Source: Patescibacteria group bacterium
Lineage (GTDB): Bacteria; Patescibacteriota; Patescibacteriia; UBA10025; JAHIVO01
Assembly (NCBI GenBank): GCA_041660605.1
Contig: JBAZWB010000001.1
Location: 265,295 to 329,294 of the forward strand
Length of the DNA stretch: 64,000 nt
Reading direction: 5' to 3'
The position numbers and the translations under genes were made by a program. Below the pieces are notes generated by a model. It did not search any database, was not told where the DNA came from, and was given only the letters and a program-made list of their open reading frames with translations. Numbering within the stretch: position 1 is the first letter of the stretch; each line of letters starts with the position of its first letter. Shown here piece by piece: positions 8,837-18,470 of the stretch.

Positions 8837-8872
8837 CCGGTGCTGTCAGCTTGACGGCACCGGCCTTTTTTT
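8837..8872 (+). terminator. rho-independent terminator
   Basis: Stem ccggtgc (8837-8843) pairs with gcaccgg (8857-8863); T7 run at 8866-8872. Confidence 0.6.
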
Positions 8873-8890
8873 ATCCGGAATAGATAATTT

Positions 8891-11317
8891 TTACTCACCG
8901 TAATATTCCAGCATGCGCTCACGCCCCAGGTGCAGTTCCTGCAGCAGCGGCTGCTCGTCATCCGCATCATAAGTGTAATAGCTCTGGAGAATTTCAGTCT
9001 GGGCGGCGACCAGCTGCTTCAGATTTTCCATTTGGTTTGCACGTGCGTAGGCTTCCAGATCTGTAAATTCAAGGATGGGATTGTTATCCGTATGCAAGGC
9101 CATGCCGCTGCCAAGCTGGCGCACGTCGTCTTCTCCGAGCAGCAGCATGCCAGCCACCTCGTATGCGTTATCCAGGTATATTTCCGTGAGATCCGTCTGG
9201 ACGGCGGACATCCTTTCATTGATTTTATTAAGATCAATATTAATTTTTTCCGGCGAGCCAATAAATACGAGAAAGCCCGTCGGCTCAATATTATAGTACC
9301 AGACCGTGGTATGCGGATAGACCGACTGGAAGGTTGCCATGAGTATGCGCAAATCCGTAAAAGACAAGCCGCCCAAGGGCACCCAGGCCGCGGCCAGACC
9401 ATCCGGCTCCAGCGCGTTTTTCATTATTTGGAAATATTCACGCGTGTACAGGTAGGGATTGCTTTTGTATTTAAGATTTGTAACATCGGTAACAATAGTG
9501 TCGAATTTCAGTGTTGAATTATGCAGGTAGTTGCGGGCGTCATCGATGATAATATGAAGATTTGAGTCATCTCGCGCGCCGTGATTCAACTCCTGAAACT
9601 TCTGCCCCGCATTGATTACTTCTTTTTCTATTTCCAGGGCATAGACGGGTATTTTATATTGGAGCATGCTGTAGCTCGTCCCGCCGCTGCCATAGCCGAC
9701 CGTGGCTGCGCGAGACGGGTGGTCAAGCAGGAGGAGCGGCAGGTGCGCCAGTATTTTTGAATCAATAATGCCCGTCGCATACGTCCCGGCGACAATCTGG
9801 CTGTCCACGCTGAGCATTTTGTAGGGGTCAGTGGCTGATTTCAGGCTCTGGACGGTAACGGTAGCCGAGAGCCCTTCGGCATAAAAAATTTCTTCAAACG
9901 AGGCCGGCAGCCGGTGGAAAACCTGTCCACCGTTCGCGCTGATGAAATAGGCGATAACTATTCCGCCGATCAGCGCGGGAATAAGCTTGCGTTTGCTGGT
10001 TGTCGTTTTAAAAATGGCAATGACGGCCACGCTAAAGCAAAGCCCGATTAGAATCAGCGCGGAGTTTTTTATACCAAGAAAGGGGATCAGGAAAAATCCG
10101 GTGGCCAGGCTGCCGGCAACAGTGCCAAAAGCGTTGACCAGGTAAACCGTGCCGGTTTTTTTCCCGATGGTTTCAGCCGAGCCCATATATATTCTGCAGC
10201 CCAGTGGGAACAAGGTGCCGACAAAAGCCGCCAGGATGAAAGCCAGCCCAAAACCGACCCAAGATTCGGTCAGCAGGGTGGTGTAGCTGAGAAATTGTTC
10301 GGAAAAATAATTATTTAAAGAACCGAAGAAAAAAAGAATTATTGAGGCAGCCAGGCCGGTCAAGATCGCATAGACGGAGAAGTAATTAAGCGGCTGTTGC
10401 AGGCGATCGACTCGTCTGGCCACATACCAGCTGCCAAGCGCTAAGCCAGCCAGAAACCCGCCAAGGATGAGAGTAGACGACAGAGTCGTACCGGAACCGA
10501 AATTAGTCAGTATTCGTACCCAGAGTATTTCGAAGCCAAGCGCAATAAAGCCAGTAATAAACAGAATCGGCAGCATAAAGCGCCGGGGGCGGTCTTTTTC
10601 AACTGGCACACCGGCTGTTTGCCCGGGAATTATTGAGGCCGCTCTTTTTTTAAAAAATTGCACCACCAGGAAAATCAGTACGTTCAAAGCCGCGGCGCAA
10701 CAGAAAGCTCCCAGCGTGCCAAGCCGTTGTACCAGCAGCAGTCCAGTGGCGAGCGCGCCGGCAAAAGCACCCAGAGTATTAATGAAGTAGATGCCGCTAA
10801 ATGTGGAGCCGATGGTAATATTATTGCGTATCAGATATTTACTCAGAAGCGGTATTGTTCCGCCGATGCACATAGTCGGAACAAGCAAAATGATTACCGT
10901 TAACAGGCAGCGTACGATTGAGAGAATATAAATGTTTGCTGAATTGTATAAATAATGGTGTATTGATGAAAATAATGGCGTGTAGGTGATTATAACGAAT
11001 GCCGTCATGGAAGTAATGGCTATGGCCAGCTCCAGATAACCGTAGGTGCGAAGAATGTTTATTGATCGTTCCGCCCGCCTGCCAAAAAAATAGCTGCCGA
11101 GGCCGAGGCCGAGGAGAAATACGGAAATTACAGTGGCTATAGCCAGGCTACTCACGCCAAATACCAGATTAAATACGCGTATCCAGATAAGTTCATACAT
11201 CAAAGCCGCCAGACCGGAAAAAAATATGGCAGAATAAATAATATTTTTATTTATAAACCAGCTCCGTTGGTCTGGAGAGTTTTCAGAGGTTGTTGTTTTT
11301 CCCAACTGATCTGGCAT
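8891..11317 (-). CDS. fused polytopic membrane (MFS-like) / spermidine-synthase-like aminopropyltransferase protein
   Basis: 808-aa ORF. The N-terminal ~430 aa has about 12 TM helices. The C-terminal part has a spermidine-synthase / SAM-dependent fold (VGYGSGGTSY...IIIDDARNYL...TDVTN...PDGLAAAW). Confidence 0.7.
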   Translation of the reverse strand: MPDQLGKTTTSENSPDQRSWFINKNIIYSAIFFSGLAALMYELIWIRVFNLVFGVSSLAIATVISVFLLGLGLGSYFFGRRAERSINILRTYGYLELAIAITSMTAFVIITYTPLFSSIHHYLYNSANIYILSIVRCLLTVIILLVPTMCIGGTIPLLSKYLIRNNITIGSTFSGIYFINTLGAFAGALATGLLLVQRLGTLGAFCCAAALNVLIFLVVQFFKKRAASIIPGQTAGVPVEKDRPRRFMLPILFITGFIALGFEILWVRILTNFGSGTTLSSTLILGGFLAGLALGSWYVARRVDRLQQPLNYFSVYAILTGLAASIILFFFGSLNNYFSEQFLSYTTLLTESWVGFGLAFILAAFVGTLFPLGCRIYMGSAETIGKKTGTVYLVNAFGTVAGSLATGFFLIPFLGIKNSALILIGLCFSVAVIAIFKTTTSKRKLIPALIGGIVIAYFISANGGQVFHRLPASFEEIFYAEGLSATVTVQSLKSATDPYKMLSVDSQIVAGTYATGIIDSKILAHLPLLLLDHPSRAATVGYGSGGTSYSMLQYKIPVYALEIEKEVINAGQKFQELNHGARDDSNLHIIIDDARNYLHNSTLKFDTIVTDVTNLKYKSNPYLYTREYFQIMKNALEPDGLAAAWVPLGGLSFTDLRILMATFQSVYPHTTVWYYNIEPTGFLVFIGSPEKINIDLNKINERMSAVQTDLTEIYLDNAYEVAGMLLLGEDDVRQLGSGMALHTDNNPILEFTDLEAYARANQMENLKQLVAAQTEILQSYYTYDADDEQPLLQELHLGRERMLEYYGE

Positions 11318-11328
11318 TGAAGTTTTTA

Positions 11329-13596
11329 CTACTCAGTATCTTTGGTGAATTTACATTCTTTATTTGAGCAGCGCACTTTGCTTCCGGCAGCAAAAGTCAG
11401 TAAAGATCCGCAGTCGGGGCACTTTTCGCCGTTTGGTTTGGACCAGAGCGCGAACTTGCAGTCGGGATATTTGTTGCAAGCGAAGAATGTCCGGCCGCGT
11501 TTGGAGCGCTTGGCGACAATATCGCCTTTGCCGCATTGCGGGCAGGCCACGCCGGTCTTTTTTTCAATATTTTTTATATTTTTGCATTCCGGATAGCCGG
11601 AGCAGGCAAGGAACGGACCGAAACGCCCGTGCTTCATGACCATCGGTTTGCCGCATTTCTCGCATTTGGCGTCAGCTCCCTGGGGTTCGGTATTTTTTAC
11701 AATTTCGCCATTCTGGTCTATTGGCTTGGTGTTCTTGCATTCCGGATAGCCGGAGCAGGCCAAAAATTTACCAAAGCGGCCCATTTTAATGACCATCGGC
11801 TTGCCGCATTTTTCGCAGACCTTGTCGGTGGCTTGTTCAGTTAATTCCTTCTTGTCAACTTCGTCATGTTTTTTCATAAGATTTTCCTTAAAGGGTTCAT
11901 AAAATTCTTTAATCACCGGCACCCAGGCCATTTTCCCGTCAGCGATCTGATCCAGGTCGTCCTCCATGTGGGCGGTAAATTTATAATCCACTATTTTTGG
12001 GAAATGCTTGACCAGCACGTCATTGACCAGCAGGCCTATTTCCGTAGGCTTGAGACGCTTGTCCTCTTTTTCCACATAGTTCCTGTCCACCAGCGTGGCG
12101 ATAGTGGGGGCGTAGGTGGAAGGACGGCCAATGCCGTGCTCTTCCAACGCCTTGACCAGTCCGGCTTCTGAGTAGCGCGCCGGAGGCTCGGTAAAATGCT
12201 GAATAGGCTCGACTTTCACCGCCTCCAGGCCCTCTTCTTTTGCTAATGGAGGCAGGATGATATCTTTGGTGTTATTATAGACTTTCATATAACCGTCGAA
12301 TTTGACAGTTGAACCGCTGGCCCGGAAAGTATATTTATTGTTTTTATCATTTATATAAATCCCGACCGCATCAATAATGGCTTCCGGCATTTGGGAGGCC
12401 AGAGTACGCTGCCAGATCATGGTATATAATTTTAGCTGCCGGGCATCCAGATAATCTTTCAGGTCTTCCGGCCGGCGCCTTATATCCGTTGGCCGGATGG
12501 CCTCGTGGGCTTCCTGAGCAAGTTTCGATTTGGCCTTGAATCTCCGCGGTTCGGCCAGTGAATACTTATCCCCAAATTGCTCTCGTAAAAAAGTCTGAGC
12601 TTCAGCCAGGAATTTTTCTGCCAGATTCAGGGAATCGGTACGCATGTAAGAGATTAAGCCTTCAGGACCCTTGCTGCCCAGCTCAACGCCCTCATATAGT
12701 TGTTGGGCAATAAACATCGTTTGCCTGGCGGAATAGCCGAGTTTCCTGTTCGCCTCCTGCTGCAGGGCGGAGGTGGTCAAAGGCGCAGGCGGGTTTTTTT
12801 TAGTTTGGCGGCTCTGGATGTCGGTTACTTTGAATTCAGTGCCTTTCAATTCATCAAGAATTTTTTTTGCCTGCCCCTCATTTTGAATGGCCATCTTATC
12901 CAGGTTTTTGTCATCTATTTTTGACAGCTTGGCCGGGAATTCTTCGTTTGAACCGGTTTTTTTCTTGAATTGGCCCTCGACAGACCAGTATTCCTGCTTA
13001 TTGAATTTTAAAATTTCCCTTTCCCTTTCAGCCGTCAATCTCAGAGCTACAGACTGCACCCGTCCGGCCGACAGGCCTTTAGCTACCTTTTTCCACAGGA
13101 AAGGGGAGAGTTCATAGCCGACCAGACGGTCGAGAATGCGGCGCGCCTGCTGGGCATCCACCATATGGAGGTCAATGTCGCGGGGATTTTTTAACGCTTC
13201 TTTTATCGCCTCTTCGGTTATTTCATGGAAAACAATGCGCTCGGATTTTTTCTCCAGCTCTGCCGGATCTATTTTCTCCTTGGATTTTCCCGCGGACATT
13301 TTGAAGGTTTCCAGCAGGTGCCAGGCAATCGCCTCGCCTTCGCGGTCTTCGTCAGTTGCGAAGTAAATGGTCGGTGAGCTTAAAGCCAGTTTTTTCAGCT
13401 TGGCTACCGTTTTTTCGTTGGCCTTGGGGATGATATATTGAGGAGCGAAGTCGTGCTCAATATCTATGCCCATTTTTGACTTGGGCAGATCGCGCAGATG
13501 GCCATAAGAAGCCTGAATATTAAAATCTTTCCCGAGAAAACGGGAAATGGTTTTTGCCTTGGTCGGCGACTCAACGATGATTAGCTTTTTTGCCAT
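11329..13596 (-). CDS. topA: DNA topoisomerase I
   Basis: 755-aa ORF with a Toprim start (MAKKLIIVESPTKAKTISRFLG), a topoisomerase IA core and C-terminal C4 zinc ribbons (CEKCGKPMV...CSGYPEC, four repeats). Confidence 0.9.
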   Translation of the reverse strand: MAKKLIIVESPTKAKTISRFLGKDFNIQASYGHLRDLPKSKMGIDIEHDFAPQYIIPKANEKTVAKLKKLALSSPTIYFATDEDREGEAIAWHLLETFKMSAGKSKEKIDPAELEKKSERIVFHEITEEAIKEALKNPRDIDLHMVDAQQARRILDRLVGYELSPFLWKKVAKGLSAGRVQSVALRLTAEREREILKFNKQEYWSVEGQFKKKTGSNEEFPAKLSKIDDKNLDKMAIQNEGQAKKILDELKGTEFKVTDIQSRQTKKNPPAPLTTSALQQEANRKLGYSARQTMFIAQQLYEGVELGSKGPEGLISYMRTDSLNLAEKFLAEAQTFLREQFGDKYSLAEPRRFKAKSKLAQEAHEAIRPTDIRRRPEDLKDYLDARQLKLYTMIWQRTLASQMPEAIIDAVGIYINDKNNKYTFRASGSTVKFDGYMKVYNNTKDIILPPLAKEEGLEAVKVEPIQHFTEPPARYSEAGLVKALEEHGIGRPSTYAPTIATLVDRNYVEKEDKRLKPTEIGLLVNDVLVKHFPKIVDYKFTAHMEDDLDQIADGKMAWVPVIKEFYEPFKENLMKKHDEVDKKELTEQATDKVCEKCGKPMVIKMGRFGKFLACSGYPECKNTKPIDQNGEIVKNTEPQGADAKCEKCGKPMVMKHGRFGPFLACSGYPECKNIKNIEKKTGVACPQCGKGDIVAKRSKRGRTFFACNKYPDCKFALWSKPNGEKCPDCGSLLTFAAGSKVRCSNKECKFTKDTE

Positions 13597-13611
13597 AATA
13601 ATTCAATAACC

Positions 13612-14700
13612 TTAACTGGCGAGCGTGTAATACGCGCCGCCCTGGTGCCGTATCATACCCTTCATTTCCATCATGGTGATGGCGGAATTTGCAATACTGG
13701 TTTTTAGTTTACTCCTCTTTATTAATTCGTCAATATGCAGGGGTTCGTGCGATAAAAATTGCAGTAAAATTTTTTCTTCTTCCGTAGAGCCGATAACTTT
13801 TTTATTCTCTTCATATAATTGCGCCAGCCTGAGGTCGAAGACATCCAGGATATCGCGTGCCGAAGTGACCACATGAGCGCCCATTTTTATGAGATTGTTG
13901 GGCCCGCTGGCGGTTTGGCTGGAAATATTACCGGGCACGGCGAATATTTCCCTGTTTTGATCCAGGGCAAAGCGAGCGGTGATTAATGAGCCGGAATCCT
14001 CGCCCCCCTCGATTACCAGCACGCCCTTGGCCAGTCCGGAGATAATGCGGTTTCTGGCGGGAAAATGCTGTTTTAACGGCTCCGTACCGGGTGGGTATTC
14101 AGATATCAAGGCCCCGTCATTTTTCACGATTTCTTCGCCTAAACTGCGGTTGGTGACAGGATAAATGCGGTCCAGGCCGCAACCCAGCACTGCCACGGTT
14201 TTCTGGCCGGCATCAAGGGCAGCCTGATGGGCCAGGGCGTCTATACCCAGTGCCAGTCCGGAGATTATAATCAATCCAGCCCGGCTGATCTCACCGGTTA
14301 TTTCTGGAGCAATCTGCCGGCCATAAGCAGTGGTTTTTCTGGTGCCGACGACCGCCAGGGACAGATTAAAATTTTCCGGCAGTTTACCTTTTACATATAA
14401 AAGGGCAGGTGCGGAATGGATTTCTTTCAGCAGAGCGGGATATTCCTGATGATGTATAGTAATAACGCGTATGCCTTTCTTTGTCAAATCCTCCCATTCA
14501 GCCTCAGGATTTATTTTACATCTTTCGGTTAATATTTTTTCCACGTCTTTCTGGCCGAGGCCCGCGGCTTTTAATTCAGCGCCAGAGGCCTGCCAAGCTG
14601 CTTCCATAGACGGAAAATGCGCATAAAGAAGTTTGAATTTTTGCGGGCCGAGGCTGTAGATCCTGGAAAAGGCGACCCAGAATTTGGTGTCGTTTGGCAT
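13612..14700 (-). CDS. dprA: DNA processing protein DprA (natural transformation)
   Basis: 362-aa ORF with the DprA Rossmann-like core (LAVVGTRKTTAYGRQIAPEITGEISRAGLIIISGLALGIDALAHQAAL...GCGLDRIYP). Confidence 0.9.
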   Translation of the reverse strand: MPNDTKFWVAFSRIYSLGPQKFKLLYAHFPSMEAAWQASGAELKAAGLGQKDVEKILTERCKINPEAEWEDLTKKGIRVITIHHQEYPALLKEIHSAPALLYVKGKLPENFNLSLAVVGTRKTTAYGRQIAPEITGEISRAGLIIISGLALGIDALAHQAALDAGQKTVAVLGCGLDRIYPVTNRSLGEEIVKNDGALISEYPPGTEPLKQHFPARNRIISGLAKGVLVIEGGEDSGSLITARFALDQNREIFAVPGNISSQTASGPNNLIKMGAHVVTSARDILDVFDLRLAQLYEENKKVIGSTEEEKILLQFLSHEPLHIDELIKRSKLKTSIANSAITMMEMKGMIRHQGGAYYTLAS

Positions 14701-14987
14701 AATTTATCAAGTAAGTAAGATGGTAGTTAAAATATTATTTTGAAGTAAGTATTAAGTTTGAAGTTTAAGGAAGAATGTTTGGATATAGGTTAAAAGTTAA
14801 AAGTTTCAATATTTTTAAATATTCAGCTTACCTTTGACTTTTCACTTTCTTCCATACTTATATCCTTAAACCTTAAACTTTGAACATTTTTCATTATTGT
14901 ATTAATAAACAAAAAGACCTTTTTGGGGAAGGTCTGACGTTAGTTTAGCAGAGGGGCTGTTTAATAGCAAGAATAGAATAACAGAAG
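14701..14987. repeat. AT-rich intergenic region with a long imperfect inverted repeat
   Basis: gaagtttaaggaagaatgtttggatatagg (14752-14781) faces cttatatccttaaaccttaaactt (14860-14883), with exact 10-bp cores aagtttaagg / ccttaaactt. There are repeated aagtaagt motifs. Confidence 0.4.
14908..14936 (-). terminator. rho-independent terminator downstream of mfd
   Basis: Plus-strand stem agacctt (14915-14921) pairs with aaggtct (14929-14935). On the minus strand the hairpin is followed by a T-rich run (the plus-strand A run at 14908-14914). Confidence 0.5.
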
Positions 14988-17900
14988 TTATTTATTTTCG
15001 AATATTCTCAGAACTTTTTTAATCTCTTCCACCCAATGGTCGCCCAGTTTTTCCAGGTCAATCTTCAGCGAGTCGTCGGTGAACTGCCAGTTTTGGTCTT
15101 TGCGCAGGAGGATGGCCAGCTTCTCCGGCTTCAGCGGAAAGAGGAATTTGAAAATGACTTTTTTCACGCGATGGCCGAACTGGTCGGAAGTAATAGTGGT
15201 ATCAATATGCGAGATATCCGTTTTTTGCGTTAAAATCTTTATTTCCAGTATGGCGAAAAGATTCATCAGCTCCTGTGGGATGTATTTTTGCTCTTCGCGG
15301 GTGCGGGAGCGAATTATTTTATCTTTCAGCTCAGTCAATTCATCTAGCTTGACTATGCCGGCCATTTTTTGGTACAGAATCAAACGTTCTTCCTCCGGTA
15401 GGAATTCCTGGGGGATATAGGCGTCCAGCGGCAAGTCAATAATCACGTCCCTGATAGGCTCCTGGATTTTGCCAAATTTTAACTCTTCAATAGCCTGAGC
15501 CAGCAGGCGGGTGTAAAGCGAGAGCCCGATGGCGGAAACTTTTCCATGCTGTTCCTTGCCCAGGATGTTGCCGGCACCGCGTATTTCCAGGTCCCTCAGC
15601 GCCAGTTGGAAGCCACTACCGAGTTTTTTCGCTTCCATCAGCGCTTGCAGCCTTTTTTGGGCATTGCCTTTCAGCTTTTTACGGTGGTAAAGGAAGTATG
15701 AATAAGCCTGCCTTTCGCCGCGTCCGATGCGTCCGCGCAGCTGATAGAGCTGGGCCAGACCGAAATTCGTGGCGTTATCCACTACCAGCGTATTGACGTT
15801 TGGTAGGTCCAGGCCGTTTTCAATGATGGTGGAGCAGACCAGGAGATTGGTTTTTTGGTTATCGAAGTCCTGCATCGCCTTGGCCAGTTCTTTTTCCGGC
15901 AGCCGGCCGTGCGCGATCCCGATTTTTGCCTGAGGCAGGAGTTTTTTCAGTTTGGCGGCGGCAAAGGCGATAGTTTCCACTTTATTATGCAGGTAATAGG
16001 CCTGGCCCCCTCTTTTAAATTCTCTGCTTAATACTTCAGAGATTGTTTCTTCTGAATACGGATCTATGTGAGTTTCTATGGGCAGACGGCCTTCGGGCGG
16101 AGTTTCTATGATGCTGACATCCCTGACGCCTGATAAGGCAATGTTCAAAGTGCGCGGTATAGGGGTGGCTGTCAGCGTCAACACGTGGGCCTGGGTGCGC
16201 AGAGATTTCAGGCGCTCCTTGGCTTTCACGCCGAAGCGCTGTTCCTCATCTATGATTATTAATCCCAGATTTTTAGTTTTTACGTCCGGAGATAAGAGGC
16301 GGTGGGTGCCGATGACAATGTCCACCAGTCCGGCCTTCATTTTTTCAATAGTATCCTTTTGCTGCTTATCGGTTTCAAAACGCGAGAGAATGCCGATTTT
16401 AACGGGAAATTTTTTCAGCCGTTCGCTGAAGGTGTCAAAATGCTGCTGGGTCAGGATAGTGGTGGGGGACAGCAGGGCGACCTGCGTATTGTTCATCGCC
16501 GCTTTCAGGGCGGCCCTGACGGCGACTTCTGTTTTGCCGAATCCGACGTCTCCGCAAATCAGGCGGTCCATGGGCGTTTCTTTCTCCAGGTCGTTTTTTA
16601 CTTCATTAATGGCCTTGGCCTGGTCCGGCGTTTCTTTGTAGATGAAACTTTTTGCCAGCTCCAGGTCCTCGGGCGTTTCATGGCCAAAAGCGCTTATTTT
16701 TGTCATTTCCCTTTTGGCGTAGATTTTTAGGAGTTCGTGCGCCAGAACTTTGGCTTCCTGTTTCACCTTCCTGGTCAGCTGGTACCACTGGGTGCCGGAC
16801 AGGCGGTGCAGTTTCGGGTGGGCGATGCCGATATATTTTGACAACTTATCGGCGGTTTCCACTGGCACTGACAGTTTGTCGCCCTCGGCATATTGGATAG
16901 AAAAATATTCCTTGGCTATGCCTTCGATCATATCCCGGCGCATGCCGGTAAAGCGGCCGATGCCGTGGTCCAGGTGCACCACATAATCGCCGGGTTTCAT
17001 GCCCATGATGAAGGCCTGATCGATTTTATTCCTGGGCGATTCGTGCCGGAGGTTTTCTTCGCCAAAAATTTCTTTGTCAGTGATGAAAGCCAGGCCCAGC
17101 TTATTATTGATAAATCCATCAAGTTCCCGGCTGAATGGCTGGAATTCAACAGGCAGGCTGGCTATTTTATTCTGCTTGAGCAATTCCTTGATATCCTTGG
17201 TTTTGTCCGTGGCGATGGAGATTTGAAAATTATTGTCATGCCATTTTTTGATATCTTTGGCCAGCGAAGAGTAGTTTTGATGATAGAGCGGCGCGCTTTC
17301 AAAAAATAGATTATAGCTGGTGCGGGAGAAATTCAGAACAATAATTTTTTTAAATCCGGATATACTTTCTTCCAGCTCTAGCCACAGAGGATTGATGTTT
17401 TTTATTTCCTCCACGTCCTGGTACATGATTATCGGATCGCCGGCGGCCTCAAAATATTTAGCCAGAGTCGTGCGGCTGAGCATCTTGAAGAAGGACTTGG
17501 CCACTATTTCCGTCCTTTCTAATTTATTTTCCAGTCTTTTATTGATCGGATTGAAATACGATATATTTATTATTTTATTGTCTTCAAATTCCAGCCGCAC
17601 GGGTTTCTCGGTATTTACGGGGTATATGTCGACAATGCCCCCGCGGCGCGAAAAATATCCGGTCTGGCTGGCCTGGCCGGTAAACTCATAGCCGAAGCTG
17701 ATGAGCTTCTTTGAAATTAGAGCCGGCGACCACAGCTCTTTTTTATCAATTTCCAGTTTATAGCTCTCCCCGTTATTCAATGAGGGCAGTTTATTCTGCA
17801 GATTGGCGATATCGACCAGAACAATCTGCGGTTTGCTGTCCTTAAGGCGGATAGCCCTGATCGGATTGACTTCCTCCAGCAGCCAGACGGGTTTGGCTAT

Positions 17901-18134
17901 CTTAAAAATAGTGTGCCAATAGATAAGCAGGCGCTGAGCCAGCAGGATATTTTCTTTTTTCAAAAGCCAAAAAAATACCTTGTTTTGCAAATAAGGATTT
18001 GCGGCTAAATAAAATGTTTGGCACGCGAGATTGGGGAGACCGGAAAGAGGCAGGTTTTTTTTGGCTTCCAGAGCTTTTATTGAATCGGCTAAAAACCTCT
18101 GATGGGCTTCCCTGACAGCAGTTTTTTCAGTCAC
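14988..18134 (-). CDS. mfd: transcription-repair coupling factor
   Basis: 1048-aa ORF with a UvrB-homology N-terminus, a superfamily-2 helicase core (GDVGFGKTEVAVRAALKA; DEEQRFGV), a TRG motif and a C-terminal domain. Confidence 0.9.
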   Translation of the reverse strand: MTEKTAVREAHQRFLADSIKALEAKKNLPLSGLPNLACQTFYLAANPYLQNKVFFWLLKKENILLAQRLLIYWHTIFKIAKPVWLLEEVNPIRAIRLKDSKPQIVLVDIANLQNKLPSLNNGESYKLEIDKKELWSPALISKKLISFGYEFTGQASQTGYFSRRGGIVDIYPVNTEKPVRLEFEDNKIINISYFNPINKRLENKLERTEIVAKSFFKMLSRTTLAKYFEAAGDPIIMYQDVEEIKNINPLWLELEESISGFKKIIVLNFSRTSYNLFFESAPLYHQNYSSLAKDIKKWHDNNFQISIATDKTKDIKELLKQNKIASLPVEFQPFSRELDGFINNKLGLAFITDKEIFGEENLRHESPRNKIDQAFIMGMKPGDYVVHLDHGIGRFTGMRRDMIEGIAKEYFSIQYAEGDKLSVPVETADKLSKYIGIAHPKLHRLSGTQWYQLTRKVKQEAKVLAHELLKIYAKREMTKISAFGHETPEDLELAKSFIYKETPDQAKAINEVKNDLEKETPMDRLICGDVGFGKTEVAVRAALKAAMNNTQVALLSPTTILTQQHFDTFSERLKKFPVKIGILSRFETDKQQKDTIEKMKAGLVDIVIGTHRLLSPDVKTKNLGLIIIDEEQRFGVKAKERLKSLRTQAHVLTLTATPIPRTLNIALSGVRDVSIIETPPEGRLPIETHIDPYSEETISEVLSREFKRGGQAYYLHNKVETIAFAAAKLKKLLPQAKIGIAHGRLPEKELAKAMQDFDNQKTNLLVCSTIIENGLDLPNVNTLVVDNATNFGLAQLYQLRGRIGRGERQAYSYFLYHRKKLKGNAQKRLQALMEAKKLGSGFQLALRDLEIRGAGNILGKEQHGKVSAIGLSLYTRLLAQAIEELKFGKIQEPIRDVIIDLPLDAYIPQEFLPEEERLILYQKMAGIVKLDELTELKDKIIRSRTREEQKYIPQELMNLFAILEIKILTQKTDISHIDTTITSDQFGHRVKKVIFKFLFPLKPEKLAILLRKDQNWQFTDDSLKIDLEKLGDHWVEEIKKVLRIFENK

Positions 18135-18212
18135 TTTTTGTTTATTGTTAAAGTAAAAATGCGTAAATTAGCCAAATTCCCTTTATTTAGGCATATAGGG
18201 ACTTGACACAGC

Positions 18213-18241
18213 TAATCTATTCTGCTAGTATGTAGTATTGC
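18213..18241 (+). promoter_or_regulatory. sigma70-like promoter TTGACA-N17-TAGTAT
   Basis: -35 TTGACA at 18213-18218, a 17-nt spacer and -10 TAGTAT at 18236-18241. It predicts a ~220-nt leader ahead of the small ORF at 18467. Confidence 0.5.
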
Positions 18242-18288
18242 AATTGTTTCTTAAAAAATCAAGTGGAAAACTAAATTCTATATTTACA

Positions 18289-18470
18289 GCATCCAACTTT
18301 CTGCCTACCAAGCGGCGAAAGCAAGGCAACCCCTCCTAAGCCGTGCGAGTAGTCACAAGTTAAGGTTTTTCAGTTTTTACTGTTTAATCTTGCGCTTGGA
18401 GGCAGGAAGTTGGATGTTTTTAGTAAGGAATATTTACAAACACTAAACCAGAGCCAAGGAGGGACTATGG
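18289..18470 (+). promoter_or_regulatory. structured 5' leader with two anti-SD-like complements (candidate translational riboswitch or thermosensor)
   Basis: catccaactttctgcctacc (18290-18309) is complementary at 17 of 19 positions to ggaggcaggaagttggatg (18393-18412). ccctcct (18331-18337) is complementary to the true RBS aggaggg (18457-18463). Confidence 0.35.

Noticed and set aside
9019-11844. Antisense ORFs within the MFS/spermidine-synthase gene and topA (e.g. 8930..9517 +, 11536..11844 +)
   Set aside because: They are embedded antisense to well-supported long genes. Their composition mirrors the codon bias of the sense strand.
15036-17691. Several plus-strand ORFs (65-187 aa) inside mfd
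   Set aside because: They are antisense to a 1048-aa conserved gene and have no independent support.
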